This document shows positions 12,193 to 21,825 of a stretch of DNA of 64,000 nucleotides, piece by piece. The DNA is from Planctomycetota bacterium (lineage in GTDB: Bacteria > Planctomycetota > UBA1135 > UBA2386). Position 1 is the first letter of the stretch, and every line of letters begins with the position of its first letter. Location: the NCBI GenBank assembly GCA_965228735.1, contig OZ245838.1:960001-1024000 (forward strand), given 5' to 3'. Below the pieces are notes generated by a model. It was not told the origin of the DNA, ran no database searches, and saw only the letters and a program-made list of their open reading frames with translations. Both the position numbers and the translations under genes were made by a program.

Positions 12193-15100
12193 TCAGTCGA
12201 TGTAGAGGGTCGCGTCGAGGTTGAGGAACGCGTTCGCGAGCAGCAGGAACGCCGCGTGCTCGGGCGCCGGGATCGCCCCGTCCCGCGGTGATTCGCCGAC
12301 GGTCAGCAGCTGCTCCGCGTCCTCGGGTGCTGTGTGGTAGCGCCGCCGCATGCGTTCGAGGGTCGCGAGCGCCCGGTCGAGCCGGCCACCGTCGAGGTCG
12401 TGCCCCGTGCAGCGGCGATACATCGCCCGCAGGCGCGTGCGATCGTCACCTGGGGATTGCAGTGCACGTTGCGCCAGCGCCCGGGCCGCTTCGACGAACT
12501 GTTCGTCGTTCCAGAGCGCGAGCGCCTGCAGCGGCGTGTTCGTGACGGATCGCCGGATCGTGCAGAACTCCCGGGTCGGCGCGTCGAACGTCAGCAACGT
12601 CGGCGGTGGACACGCGCGCTTCCAGTAGGTGTAGAGGCTGCGGCGCCACAACGCGTCGCCGTCGTCACGTTCGAAGGTGCGCGTGTTCGACTGCAGCATC
12701 GCGACCTCGCGCCACAGGCCCTCGGGCTGATACGGCTTGACGCTCGGGCCGCCGACCCGTTCGACGAGCAGGCCGCTGACGTAGAGCGCCTGGTCGCGGA
12801 TCGCCTCGGCCGTGAGCCGGCGCCGCGGGAACCACGCCAGCAGGCGGTTGTCCGGGTCGACGCGCGCGGCCGCGGTGTTCGTGCGGGCGCTCTGCCGGAA
12901 CGTGGCGGACGTGACGAGCAGCCGGAGCATCTCCCGCATGCTCGTGCCGCGCCTGCGGAACTCGAGCGTCAGCCAGTCGAGCAGCTCCGGGTGGCTCGGC
13001 CACTCGCCCTGCAGGCCGAAGTCCTCGCTCGTCCTGACGATGCCGGTGCCGAACACGAACTCGAACAGCCGGTTCACCGCGACGCGGTGGGGCAGCGGGT
13101 TGTCCGCGCTCACGAGCCATCTGGCGAGTCCGAGGCGATCGCGCGGCATCGCGGCGTCCCCGATGCCGAACATCGCGGGCAGCGCGGGCTGCACCGGCTG
13201 TGACTCGTCGGCCTTGTCGTATTCGCCGCGTTCGAGGACGTAGGTCGGGCGGCGTTCCATGCGCTCGCTCATGACCATCGTGCGCGGCAGGTTGGCCTCG
13301 AGCTCGCTGAGCTGCTGCTCGAGGGCGGCGACGCGGGCCTTGCGCTCGCGGTAACCCGGCGAGTGGTTCTCACGCCACGCGGCGTGGATGCGGGCCGTCA
13401 TCGCGTCGTCGATCGCCGCTTCGGGCAGCAGCCAGAGCCGCATGTCACCCGTCAGCACGGCAGGAGCTTCCTCGTGCCGCCAGTAGAACCCGCCCGCGCC
13501 GCCGGTGTTGACGACCTCGAGCGTCACCGCCTGCACGCCGCGCGCGACCGTGATGTCGACCCGATCCTGGTTCGCGGCGACGCCGCGGGCGACGCGACGC
13601 TCCGCAACCGTCTGGCCGCCGACGTGCACTGCGAAGCCGTCATCGCTGCCGAGCCAGACCGTGAGCGGGCGCTCCGTGGGGGCGAACACCTCGTGGGCGA
13701 TGAACGTCGAGCCCGCATCGCGTGGCAGGTTCTTGTAGACGGTCGCGGGCCGGAGGTCGGCGTCGTATTGCCAGCGTTGGTCGCCGAAGCGGGCGTCGAG
13801 CGCGATGCGTTTCGCCGACTCGGGGCCGTGCACCGCGTCGTAGGCGTCCTCGTTCGTGCTCGCGAACCGGCCGGTCTTGTAGAAGCCGCTCGTCAGCACG
13901 GGCAGGCGCGCGAGCATCGCCTCGTCGATCCGGCCGAGATGCAGGCGAACGCGGCCGAGCACGTGCTGGCTGTAGACCGAGTCGTAGCGCAGCCGCACCC
14001 GGGCCTCGACGCCGCGGCCGTCGCCGAACGGCGCATCGGCGAGGAAGAGCGCGCGCCGCGCGCCGGGTGGCCGTTCGTGGGCCGCGACCGCCCAGCCCCG
14101 GTTGTCGTCGTGCAGCGCGTTGGCGATGCCGAAGTCGCCGTTCGTCTGCTCGACGTCGGCCATCGCCCAGACCAGCGGCACGTCGCGCCACTCCTCGCGG
14201 CTACCGCGCGCGCGCACCTCGAGTCGAACGTGCTGCAGGACCGCGTTGCCGTTGGGGGACCGGCCGACCTTGCCCTGGCCGAGGGTGCCGTCGGGGAGCG
14301 CCTCGAGGCCCAGCAGGCGCAGATCGCCCGCCGTGGTCGCGACGGTGAGAACGTGCTCGTCGCGAGCCGGGTTGTCCCCGGTCGCGAGAACCGAACCGTC
14401 GGGCTGGAGGGCGAGCGTCGCCCCGGCGGTGCTCGTCGCCGCGGTCACCGTCGCCTCTGGCCACTCGATCCCGCTCGCGCCGCGCAGGGACCGGAACCAG
14501 GCGGCCCGTTGGGCGGCTTCTCCGGGTTGTTCGGCCGCGAGCGCCGCGCGGGCCGCGTCGAGGTCGTTCGCGAGTGCCGTCCGCGCCGCCGACTGCTCGT
14601 CCGACAGCACGTCGAGCGCGGGCTCGAGCGCGCGGTTGGGGTCGCGCGACTGCCGGTAGAGGCCCGGTTCGTCGTTGTTGTAGAAGTAGGCGAACAGGGA
14701 GTAGTAGTCGCGCTGCGTGATCGGGTCGAACTTGTGATCGTGACACCGCGCGCAGCCGACCGTCAGCCCGAGGAACACGCTGCCGACCGTGGCGGTGCGT
14801 TCGGCCGCGTATTCGACGAGATACTCCGCGTCGATCGCGCCGCCTTCGTCCGTCGTGACGTGCGCCCGCAGAAACCCGGTCGCGACCTTCTGCGCCTGGG
14901 TCGCGTCGGGGAGCTGATCGCCGGCCAGCTGCTCGACCACGAACTCGTCGAACGGCTTGTCGTCGGCGAGGGCCTGCAGCAACCAATCGCGCCACGGCCA
15001 GATCTGGCGCCCGGCGTCCATGTGGATGCCGCAGGTGTCGGCATAGCGCGCGGCGTCGAGCCACGGACCCGCGAAGTGTTCGGCGTGGCGCGAACGATAC

Positions 15101-15786
15101 GGCTCTTCGTCGAGCAGCCGGTCGACGAGTCGGTCGTAGGCGTCGGGGCTGCGGTCCGCGTCGTAGTCCGCGAGCTCCGCCGGCGTCGGCGGCAGGCCCG
15201 TGAGGACGAGGAACGCGCGGCGGGCCAGCGTTCTCCGGTCGGCCTCCGGGTTCGGCGTGAGCCCGTGCCGCAGCAGTGCGGCGCCGATGAACCGATCGAC
15301 CGGATTGCGGGCCTGATCGGCGATGTTCGCCGCCGCGGGGATGGTCGGCGGCACGGGCGGCACGAACGCCCAGTGGTCCTCGTACGGCGCGCCGGCCGCG
15401 ATCCAACGTTCGACGAGGTCGCGCTCGCGCGCGTCGAGCGCCGGCTTCTGCGACTCCGGCGGCGGCATGCGATACCCGTCCTCCGTGCTCGTGACGCGAT
15501 GCCAGAGCCGGCTGCTGGCGGGGTCGCCCGGGACGATCGCCGCGCCGCCATCGCGGTCCATGACCGCCGCCGCGCGCAGATCGAGGCGCAGCTCGGCCGC
15601 CCGCGTGCCCTGGTCCGGGCCGTGGCAGCGGAAGCACTTGTCGGCCAGGATCGGGCGGATGTCGCGGCCGTAGCGGACGTCGTCCTGGCTGCGCAGTGAC
15701 GGGCTCAGCGTCACGAGCAAGGCGCTCGCGGCGAAGAGACTCAGGCACCGCCGGGCTCCGGCAAGAACGCGTTCTGACCTCGACAT
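12193..15786 (-). CDS. Planctomycete cytochrome c + DUF1549 (PSCyt2) + DUF1553 (PSD1) protein with inserted beta-sandwich domains
   Basis: YGRDIRPILADKCFRCHG, HWAFVPP, WLDAARYADT, CARCHDHKFDP, PSHPELLDWL, RRLTAEAIRD, RRSLYT, TNTPLQAL. Confidence 0.92.
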   Translation of the reverse strand: MSRSERVLAGARRCLSLFAASALLVTLSPSLRSQDDVRYGRDIRPILADKCFRCHGPDQGTRAAELRLDLRAAAVMDRDGGAAIVPGDPASSRLWHRVTSTEDGYRMPPPESQKPALDARERDLVERWIAAGAPYEDHWAFVPPVPPTIPAAANIADQARNPVDRFIGAALLRHGLTPNPEADRRTLARRAFLVLTGLPPTPAELADYDADRSPDAYDRLVDRLLDEEPYRSRHAEHFAGPWLDAARYADTCGIHMDAGRQIWPWRDWLLQALADDKPFDEFVVEQLAGDQLPDATQAQKVATGFLRAHVTTDEGGAIDAEYLVEYAAERTATVGSVFLGLTVGCARCHDHKFDPITQRDYYSLFAYFYNNDEPGLYRQSRDPNRALEPALDVLSDEQSAARTALANDLDAARAALAAEQPGEAAQRAAWFRSLRGASGIEWPEATVTAATSTAGATLALQPDGSVLATGDNPARDEHVLTVATTAGDLRLLGLEALPDGTLGQGKVGRSPNGNAVLQHVRLEVRARGSREEWRDVPLVWAMADVEQTNGDFGIANALHDDNRGWAVAAHERPPGARRALFLADAPFGDGRGVEARVRLRYDSVYSQHVLGRVRLHLGRIDEAMLARLPVLTSGFYKTGRFASTNEDAYDAVHGPESAKRIALDARFGDQRWQYDADLRPATVYKNLPRDAGSTFIAHEVFAPTERPLTVWLGSDDGFAVHVGGQTVAERRVARGVAANQDRVDITVARGVQAVTLEVVNTGGAGGFYWRHEEAPAVLTGDMRLWLLPEAAIDDAMTARIHAAWRENHSPGYRERKARVAALEQQLSELEANLPRTMVMSERMERRPTYVLERGEYDKADESQPVQPALPAMFGIGDAAMPRDRLGLARWLVSADNPLPHRVAVNRLFEFVFGTGIVRTSEDFGLQGEWPSHPELLDWLTLEFRRRGTSMREMLRLLVTSATFRQSARTNTAAARVDPDNRLLAWFPRRRLTAEAIRDQALYVSGLLVERVGGPSVKPYQPEGLWREVAMLQSNTRTFERDDGDALWRRSLYTYWKRACPPPTLLTFDAPTREFCTIRRSVTNTPLQALALWNDEQFVEAARALAQRALQSPGDDRTRLRAMYRRCTGHDLDGGRLDRALATLERMRRRYHTAPEDAEQLLTVGESPRDGAIPAPEHAAFLLLANAFLNLDATLYID

Positions 15787-15871
15787 GGCGGGGCGATGTT
15801 CGCACCCGGGCGCCGGGCTGTCACGGCCCATGCCGGCGAAAGCGCCGGGCCGAAACCGGTGGCCGGGTCGG

Positions 15872-18346
15872 TCAGCGCGCCGCGAGAACGACGCGAACGG
15901 GCGGCGCGCCCTGGCTCGTGAACGTGATGGGGGTGCGACCCTCGCGGCCGTCACCGTCCCATGCGATCAGTTCGTACTCGCCAGCCGCCATGCAGACGCG
16001 GAAGCGCCCGCATTCGCCGCGTCGCAGGTCGAGTCCGACCATCAGTACGTGCGGCTCGCCCGGTGGCCGCAGCGCGAGCGAGACCCAGTCGTGGTCGTTC
16101 GTCGTGCGGGGATTGGTGACCTCGACCACGCGCTCGATCCCGGGCCGGACGACGATGTTCTTCTGCAGTTCGACGCCCGCGCGGACCGCGATCAGATGGG
16201 CCTCCGCCGCGATCCCGTCGCCGTGGATCAGCAGGCGGTGGGTGCCGGGCGGCACCGCATCGAAGCGATAGCTGCCGGCCGCGTACTCGGCCTCGAAGCG
16301 GGCGTCGCCGGTCGCCGTCTCGATCGCGACCGCGACCACACCGAGCTCGGCTCCGGCTTCGTGCGTGATGTCGCCGAGCACCGCGCCACCGCGACCGAGC
16401 ACGATCGCCCCGAGGTCCTGCGTGCCGCTGGCGTCGAGATCGATCTCGCGCGTGACCCCGACGAAGCCCGGGTGGCTGACGAACAGGATGACCGTGCCGC
16501 TCGGCACGTCCTGGATCACGAAACGGCCCGTGGCGTCGGCGGTGCGTTCGATCGTCTGCTGGCGTTCTCGGTGCCAGCACGAGACCGCCGCGGCGAGCGG
16601 CGTGCCGTCGCGCGACTGCACCTCGCCGGCCACGACGGTCGTCGGCGCGGCGTGATCGACCTGCAGGAGCAGCGCGCCCTCGCAGCTGCCGACGTCGCGG
16701 CGCGTCGTCGCGGCGAACCCGGTCGGCGAGGTGTCGGGCGCGAACACGAGCACGTCGAACCTCAGGTCCGCCTGGGCCGGGATCGTGAACCGGCCGTCGC
16801 GATCGGTCTGGACCTGCACCGCCGGCGTGCCGTCGCCGGGCCGCGCCACCACGATCCAGCCGGGCAGCGGGCGCTGGTCACGGCCGAACACGACGCCGCG
16901 CAGGGCGCTGCCGCTCGGCGCGGCCAGCTGCGGGTTCCAGGTCGCCCGTTCGCCCGGGGTGAGTTCGAGCGTCGTCGTCGCGGCGCGCGGCGCGTGGCTG
17001 CGATCACCCGACCGCAACTCGCGCGCGAGCAGGTGCACCGAGCCGGCCGGCAGGCGCTCGAGCACGAACGTGCCGTCCTCGTGGCAGATCGCTCGCGCGT
17101 GCAGCAGGTCGCCCGCGCTGCCGAACTCGATCATCCCGGGGACGGGATCGCCGGTCGTCGTGCGGAGGCGCCCGCTGACCGCGGTGGGGGCGGTCAACGC
17201 GAGGCGCAGCGCCCGCTGCCCGGGCCGCGCGAGCGTCACGGTGCCGCGGGTGCACGCCCCGTCGAGGCCGCGGGCTTCGAACGCGACCTGACCTGGCGGC
17301 AATCCCGTTACCCGGAACGTGCCATCGGCGGCCGTGCGCAGCTGCACGGGCGGCGCCGAGAGTCGGCCGCCGCGGCGCGCGAGCCCGGGCGCGAACCGCA
17401 GCCGCGCGCCGGCCACCGGTCGACCGTCGGGGTCGACCACGAGCCCCGTGACGACGCACGGATCGACGCCGAGCTCGAGAACGACGCGCGCGACCGCCGT
17501 CGTCGGGTCGCGTGGGAGCGTTCGCGTGTGCAGCATCGCGGACGGCGCATGGTCGGGGTGCCGGGCGCCGAGGAAGCCGCGGTCGACGAGCGGGACGCGA
17601 AACGCGCCGGTCGCGTCCGTGCGTCCGATCGCGAGGGCGGTGGCGTGCGGGGCGATGTCGCCATAGCGCGTCGGGTGGCTCGCGAGGAACAGGACTTCGG
17701 CGTTCTCGATCCCGCGGCCCGCGGCGTCAATGACCCGCCCCGTGGCGAAGCCGCGCGGCTGCCATTCGATCGTGATCGAGCGGCGCTCGCCGGGCGCGAC
17801 GACGAGATCGACCGGTTGGCCGAGCGCGGCCCGGATGCGGATCGCCCGGCGCGCGGCGCCGGCGAGCGGAACGGCGATCGTTGCGCGGCCGTTGTCGTCC
17901 GTGCGGGCCGTCGTGTGCCAAGCGGGGCCCGCGCCATCCGACGGCCAATCCGATGTCCGATCCTGGTCGGCAGTGGCATCGGCCCCAGTAGATGCGGCCG
18001 CCGTGGGTTCGCCCGCGATGAGTTCGACGCCGGGCATCGGCGAACCGGGCAGATGCAGGACGTTGACCGTGACCGTCGCGCGGTCGGTCGCAGCGCCGAG
18101 GTGCGGCGCTTGCGAACGCCCGCTAGGTCCCCCCGGTCCGATCGCGGCCCCGGCCGTCCCGTCGGCGCCCGTGGTGGCGTCCGTCCCGGCTCCCGTCGCC
18201 GGCTCGAGCGGGCCGGTCGCGCCGCGCCGTGGCCCGGTGCTCGGGTGGCCCGGGTTCGGGGCACCGTCGCTACCGAACGAGCGGTAGCACCACAGCGCCG
18301 CAACGGCGACTGCCAGCAGGGTCAGAATCGTGACGAACCGTCGCAC
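15872..18346 (-). CDS. Membrane-anchored carboxypeptidase regulatory-like domain repeat protein
   Basis: N-terminal TM; repeated GRVxDxxGxP ... TDxxGxFxxxxLPxG units (e.g. GLVVDPDGRPVAGARL, DGTFRVTGLPPG). Confidence 0.78.
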   Translation of the reverse strand: MRRFVTILTLLAVAVAALWCYRSFGSDGAPNPGHPSTGPRRGATGPLEPATGAGTDATTGADGTAGAAIGPGGPSGRSQAPHLGAATDRATVTVNVLHLPGSPMPGVELIAGEPTAAASTGADATADQDRTSDWPSDGAGPAWHTTARTDDNGRATIAVPLAGAARRAIRIRAALGQPVDLVVAPGERRSITIEWQPRGFATGRVIDAAGRGIENAEVLFLASHPTRYGDIAPHATALAIGRTDATGAFRVPLVDRGFLGARHPDHAPSAMLHTRTLPRDPTTAVARVVLELGVDPCVVTGLVVDPDGRPVAGARLRFAPGLARRGGRLSAPPVQLRTAADGTFRVTGLPPGQVAFEARGLDGACTRGTVTLARPGQRALRLALTAPTAVSGRLRTTTGDPVPGMIEFGSAGDLLHARAICHEDGTFVLERLPAGSVHLLARELRSGDRSHAPRAATTTLELTPGERATWNPQLAAPSGSALRGVVFGRDQRPLPGWIVVARPGDGTPAVQVQTDRDGRFTIPAQADLRFDVLVFAPDTSPTGFAATTRRDVGSCEGALLLQVDHAAPTTVVAGEVQSRDGTPLAAAVSCWHRERQQTIERTADATGRFVIQDVPSGTVILFVSHPGFVGVTREIDLDASGTQDLGAIVLGRGGAVLGDITHEAGAELGVVAVAIETATGDARFEAEYAAGSYRFDAVPPGTHRLLIHGDGIAAEAHLIAVRAGVELQKNIVVRPGIERVVEVTNPRTTNDHDWVSLALRPPGEPHVLMVGLDLRRGECGRFRVCMAAGEYELIAWDGDGREGRTPITFTSQGAPPVRVVLAAR

Positions 18347-18432
18347 GGGAGCGTTACGCCAGCAGTGGTTGGAACGGCTCGGATTCTCGCCGTGCGGGTT
18401 GGCGAGTGACCGGAATCCGGAGAGTTCTGCGG

Positions 18433-21400
18433 TCAAATCCGGGCCGCTTTCGGCCACAGGGCGAGGAACCGACGGCGCGCCCGGCGCTCCGGAATGCGCT
18501 GCGCGATCGTGCGGATCAACGACCGGGCCGAGGCCGGTCGCTTCGAGAGCAGGAGGATGCGGAGATGCTGGAAGAGCTGCAGATCCTGGCTCGCGGCGAG
18601 CTCCTCGAGCACCTCGCGGTGGGCGGCGGGCACCTCGCCCGCGCCCGCCGCCGCGAGCAGCCAGTTCGCGGCGACCGAGGGCATCGCGAGCCGTTCGACG
18701 ACCTCGGCGAGAGCGGTGTCGGTGTCACCGAGGCGGACGAGGTAGGCGCGCGACATCGCTTCGCCGAGCCGGTCGCCGCCGGCGATCGCGAGCACGCATG
18801 CGCGTTCGAAGTGGTCGCGGGCGTCCTCGTCGCGGCCGCGCCAGAACTGACGCTCGCCCAGGTAGAGCTCGGCGCGGCCGCCGTAGGAGGGCAGTGACAG
18901 CTGCTCGGCCTCGTCGATCGCGAAGCGCAGATCCTGGGCCGCGTCGTCGTCGCCGAGCAGCGATCGCATGTGCCCGCGGTAGAGCAGCAGGCGCAGGCGA
19001 ACGCGCGGCAGATTGCGCGCCGCGGGGTCCTTGTCGATCTGCTGCAGCGTCTTCAGCGCCGTCGGGAAGTGGTACTGCAGCGCTTCGAGTCGCGCGAGGT
19101 CGATGCGCAGGTGGCAGCGCAGCTCGTCGTCCTCGGCCGGCAGCCGGCGCAGGGCGGCCTGGAGGTGGCGGTGCCCGGCGACGGCCTGCCCCTGGTAGAG
19201 GAGGATGCGACCGTGCAGGCCGTGGGCGCGCGCGGCGATGCGCGCCGCGGCGGTCGTTCGGGCGTTGCCCGGCGCGAGGTCGTCGTGCACCGACTCGAGC
19301 AGCGCGATGGCCGTCAGCAGGTGACCGGCGGCGAGCTCGAGGCCGGCGAGCCCGACGCGCGCAGCCGCCGACGACTCGCCGTCACCGAGTTCGCGCGCCA
19401 GGGTCTCGGCGGCGCGGTAGTCGCGCACGGCGGCGTCCTGTTGCCGGTTGTTGACGCGGGCCTCAGCGTGCAGGAGCAGCAGGCGGAGCCGGTGGTGCGC
19501 GTTCGCGGGCGTGTCTTCGACGTGTTGCAGGTGCGCGGCGACCCGACCCGCGATGCGCAGCGCGGTGCGGCGCGAGCTCGATCGGACGAGTTCGGCGAGA
19601 CCGTCGAGCAGCGGCGCGATCGCGCGGTCGTGCGCGAGCGCCTGCGAGAAGTGCATGCCGACCTCGGTGGAACTCGCGCCGCGTTCCTGCAGCTGGTCGG
19701 CCGCGAGCAGGTGCAGTTCGCGGCGGCGGTCCAGCGGGGTGACGTCGAGCAGGGCCTTGGCGAAGCGCCGATGGCGGAACCAGACCTGGCCGCCCTGGGC
19801 GCGCACGATGCGACCGCGGAAGAGCGACAGCGTCTCGAGCACCGCGAGTTCGGGGCGGCCCGTGAGGCGCACGAGATCCGCGAGCAGGCCGCGCCGGCCG
19901 AGGACGGCCGCGGCCGTGAGCACCTCGCGTGCTTCGGCGGGCAGGGATCGCACGCGCTGCACGAAGCGCTGCACGTGGTCGGGCGCGGGGTCGAGTTCGA
20001 CGCCGGGTTGCAGGTCGCGGTAGGCGCCCGGACTGCCGGCGAGCCGCCCCTCGCTGACGAGGTGGTCGAGCGCTTCGACGAGGTTGCCGGGCACGCCGGA
20101 CAGCGTTTCGTGCGCCGCGCGCAAGAACGCGTCGTCGACCTCGCCCGGCCGGAACAGCGCGTGGCCGAAGCGCAGGAACTCGCGTTCGGCGAGGCCGCCG
20201 ATCTCGATCCGCCGATCGGCGGGAACGTCGTCCGTGCCCGTCGTGAGCAGAACCAGGATCGGGGAGCGATCGGCGCGGCGCGCGAGTCGCTGCAGGACCA
20301 GTTGCCCACTGGTATCGAGGTGCTCGGCGTGGTCGACGCGCAGGACCACGGCGCGACGCGGCCGGGCGAGTGCGAGGAGCGCCGTCGCGAGTCGGTCGGC
20401 GCGCACCTCGGGCTTCTCCGGGCTTCGGCCCATCGCGACGGCCGCGAGCGCGGCCGCGTCGTCGACCGAGAGGCCGTAGATCGTGCGGGCCGCCGCGGCG
20501 GCCCGCGCCTCGGCCTGCGGGCTGCCGTGATCGTCGCCGCGCAACAGAACGTCGAGCAAGGTGCTGGCGAACGGCTCCGCGTGACCGAGTTCGCGATCGG
20601 CTTCGCCGCCGAGGAGGAGCGGCGGGTCGGGTTGGTCGAGCCAGCGTTCGATCGCGTGATCGAGCAGCCGGCGGCGACCCGCGCCGTGGGGGCCGGTGAT
20701 CGCGACGACCTGCCCGTGTCCCGAGCGGGCGTTCTGCATCGCCCGATCGAGCTGCAGGAGCTCGTCGCGCCGACCGACGAGCTCCGCCTCTGCCGGGCGC
20801 CGCATCGCGAGCAGGCGGCGGCGGCTCGCGCGCACTGGCTCCTGCGCTTCGAGTCGGCGCCAGTACTCCGACTGTTCGCCCTGCGCGAGGATGCGCGACA
20901 GCTCGGCCGCGTCCTTCGGCCGGCGATCCGGATCCTTGCTGAGCATCGCGCGCAGCAGCTGCCCGAGCAGGGGCGACACGCTCGGTCGCACGTGAGCGGC
21001 GGGCGGCGGTTCGCGATGGAGGTGCGCGTCGATCATCGCGTCGGCGGTGGTCGCGTCCTGGAACGGGTGCTCGCCCGTCGCGACCTCGAACAGCACGATC
21101 CCGAGGGAGTAGAGGTCGCTGCGCGGTCCGACCCGGTCGCCGCGCAGCGACTCGGGTGCGGCGTAGGCGACGCTGCCGGCGAGGCCGAACCCCGAGGCCG
21201 AGGAGGACCCCGAGCCGCCGCCCTGGCCGAACGGTCGCACGAGCCCGAGGTCCACGATCTTGAGCTGACTGTCGGGCGTGAGGATGAGGTTCTCGGGTTT
21301 GACGTCGCGGTGGATCAGGCCCTTGCCGTGCAGCGCCGCCAGGCCAGCGGCCGCGTCCGACCCGATGCGGCGCACGAGGTCCTCGACCGCGACCTGGCTC

Positions 21401-21792
21401 TTCTGCAGGAAGTCGCGCAGCGTGTCGCCGGCGACGAACTGCATCACGAGGAACGAGACCTCGCCGTGCTCGGTCTGCACCGTCTCGAGCGCGTGGATCG
21501 CCGCGAGGTTGCCGTGCCGCAGCTTGCGCCCGAGCTCGCCCTCGCTGCGGAACCGCTGCAGCGCGCGTTCGTCGGTCGTCCGGTCGACCCGCAGGAACTT
21601 GATCGCGACCTCGGCCCCGCGGGCGACGTCGCCATACGCCGTGAGCAGCCGCGCCCGGTGGACCGTGCCCGAGGACCCGCGCCCGAGTTCGCCGAGCAGC
21701 TCGAACCGCCCTTCGGCCGCGTCGGCATACAGCCGCGCCGCGCGGGTCTGCGCGGTTGCGCTTCTGTCGGGCGTCTGCGACTCTTCGCTCAC
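18433..21792 (-). CDS. Ser/Thr protein kinase fused to AAA/STAND-type ATPase-like domain and TPR-like C-terminus
   Basis: GRGSSG, VAIK, HRDVKPEN, VDLG, YAAPE, SDLYSLG; then LVGRRDEL, GPHGAGRRR (P-loop position), GVPGNLVE, FRHR. GTG start at 21792. Confidence 0.88.
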   Translation of the reverse strand: MSEESQTPDRSATAQTRAARLYADAAEGRFELLGELGRGSSGTVHRARLLTAYGDVARGAEVAIKFLRVDRTTDERALQRFRSEGELGRKLRHGNLAAIHALETVQTEHGEVSFLVMQFVAGDTLRDFLQKSQVAVEDLVRRIGSDAAAGLAALHGKGLIHRDVKPENLILTPDSQLKIVDLGLVRPFGQGGGSGSSSASGFGLAGSVAYAAPESLRGDRVGPRSDLYSLGIVLFEVATGEHPFQDATTADAMIDAHLHREPPPAAHVRPSVSPLLGQLLRAMLSKDPDRRPKDAAELSRILAQGEQSEYWRRLEAQEPVRASRRRLLAMRRPAEAELVGRRDELLQLDRAMQNARSGHGQVVAITGPHGAGRRRLLDHAIERWLDQPDPPLLLGGEADRELGHAEPFASTLLDVLLRGDDHGSPQAEARAAAAARTIYGLSVDDAAALAAVAMGRSPEKPEVRADRLATALLALARPRRAVVLRVDHAEHLDTSGQLVLQRLARRADRSPILVLLTTGTDDVPADRRIEIGGLAEREFLRFGHALFRPGEVDDAFLRAAHETLSGVPGNLVEALDHLVSEGRLAGSPGAYRDLQPGVELDPAPDHVQRFVQRVRSLPAEAREVLTAAAVLGRRGLLADLVRLTGRPELAVLETLSLFRGRIVRAQGGQVWFRHRRFAKALLDVTPLDRRRELHLLAADQLQERGASSTEVGMHFSQALAHDRAIAPLLDGLAELVRSSSRRTALRIAGRVAAHLQHVEDTPANAHHRLRLLLLHAEARVNNRQQDAAVRDYRAAETLARELGDGESSAAARVGLAGLELAAGHLLTAIALLESVHDDLAPGNARTTAAARIAARAHGLHGRILLYQGQAVAGHRHLQAALRRLPAEDDELRCHLRIDLARLEALQYHFPTALKTLQQIDKDPAARNLPRVRLRLLLYRGHMRSLLGDDDAAQDLRFAIDEAEQLSLPSYGGRAELYLGERQFWRGRDEDARDHFERACVLAIAGGDRLGEAMSRAYLVRLGDTDTALAEVVERLAMPSVAANWLLAAAGAGEVPAAHREVLEELAASQDLQLFQHLRILLLSKRPASARSLIRTIAQRIPERRARRRFLALWPKAARI

Positions 21793-21825
21793 CGCCGGTT
21801 TGTAGCGCCGGAGGTCACACGTTTC

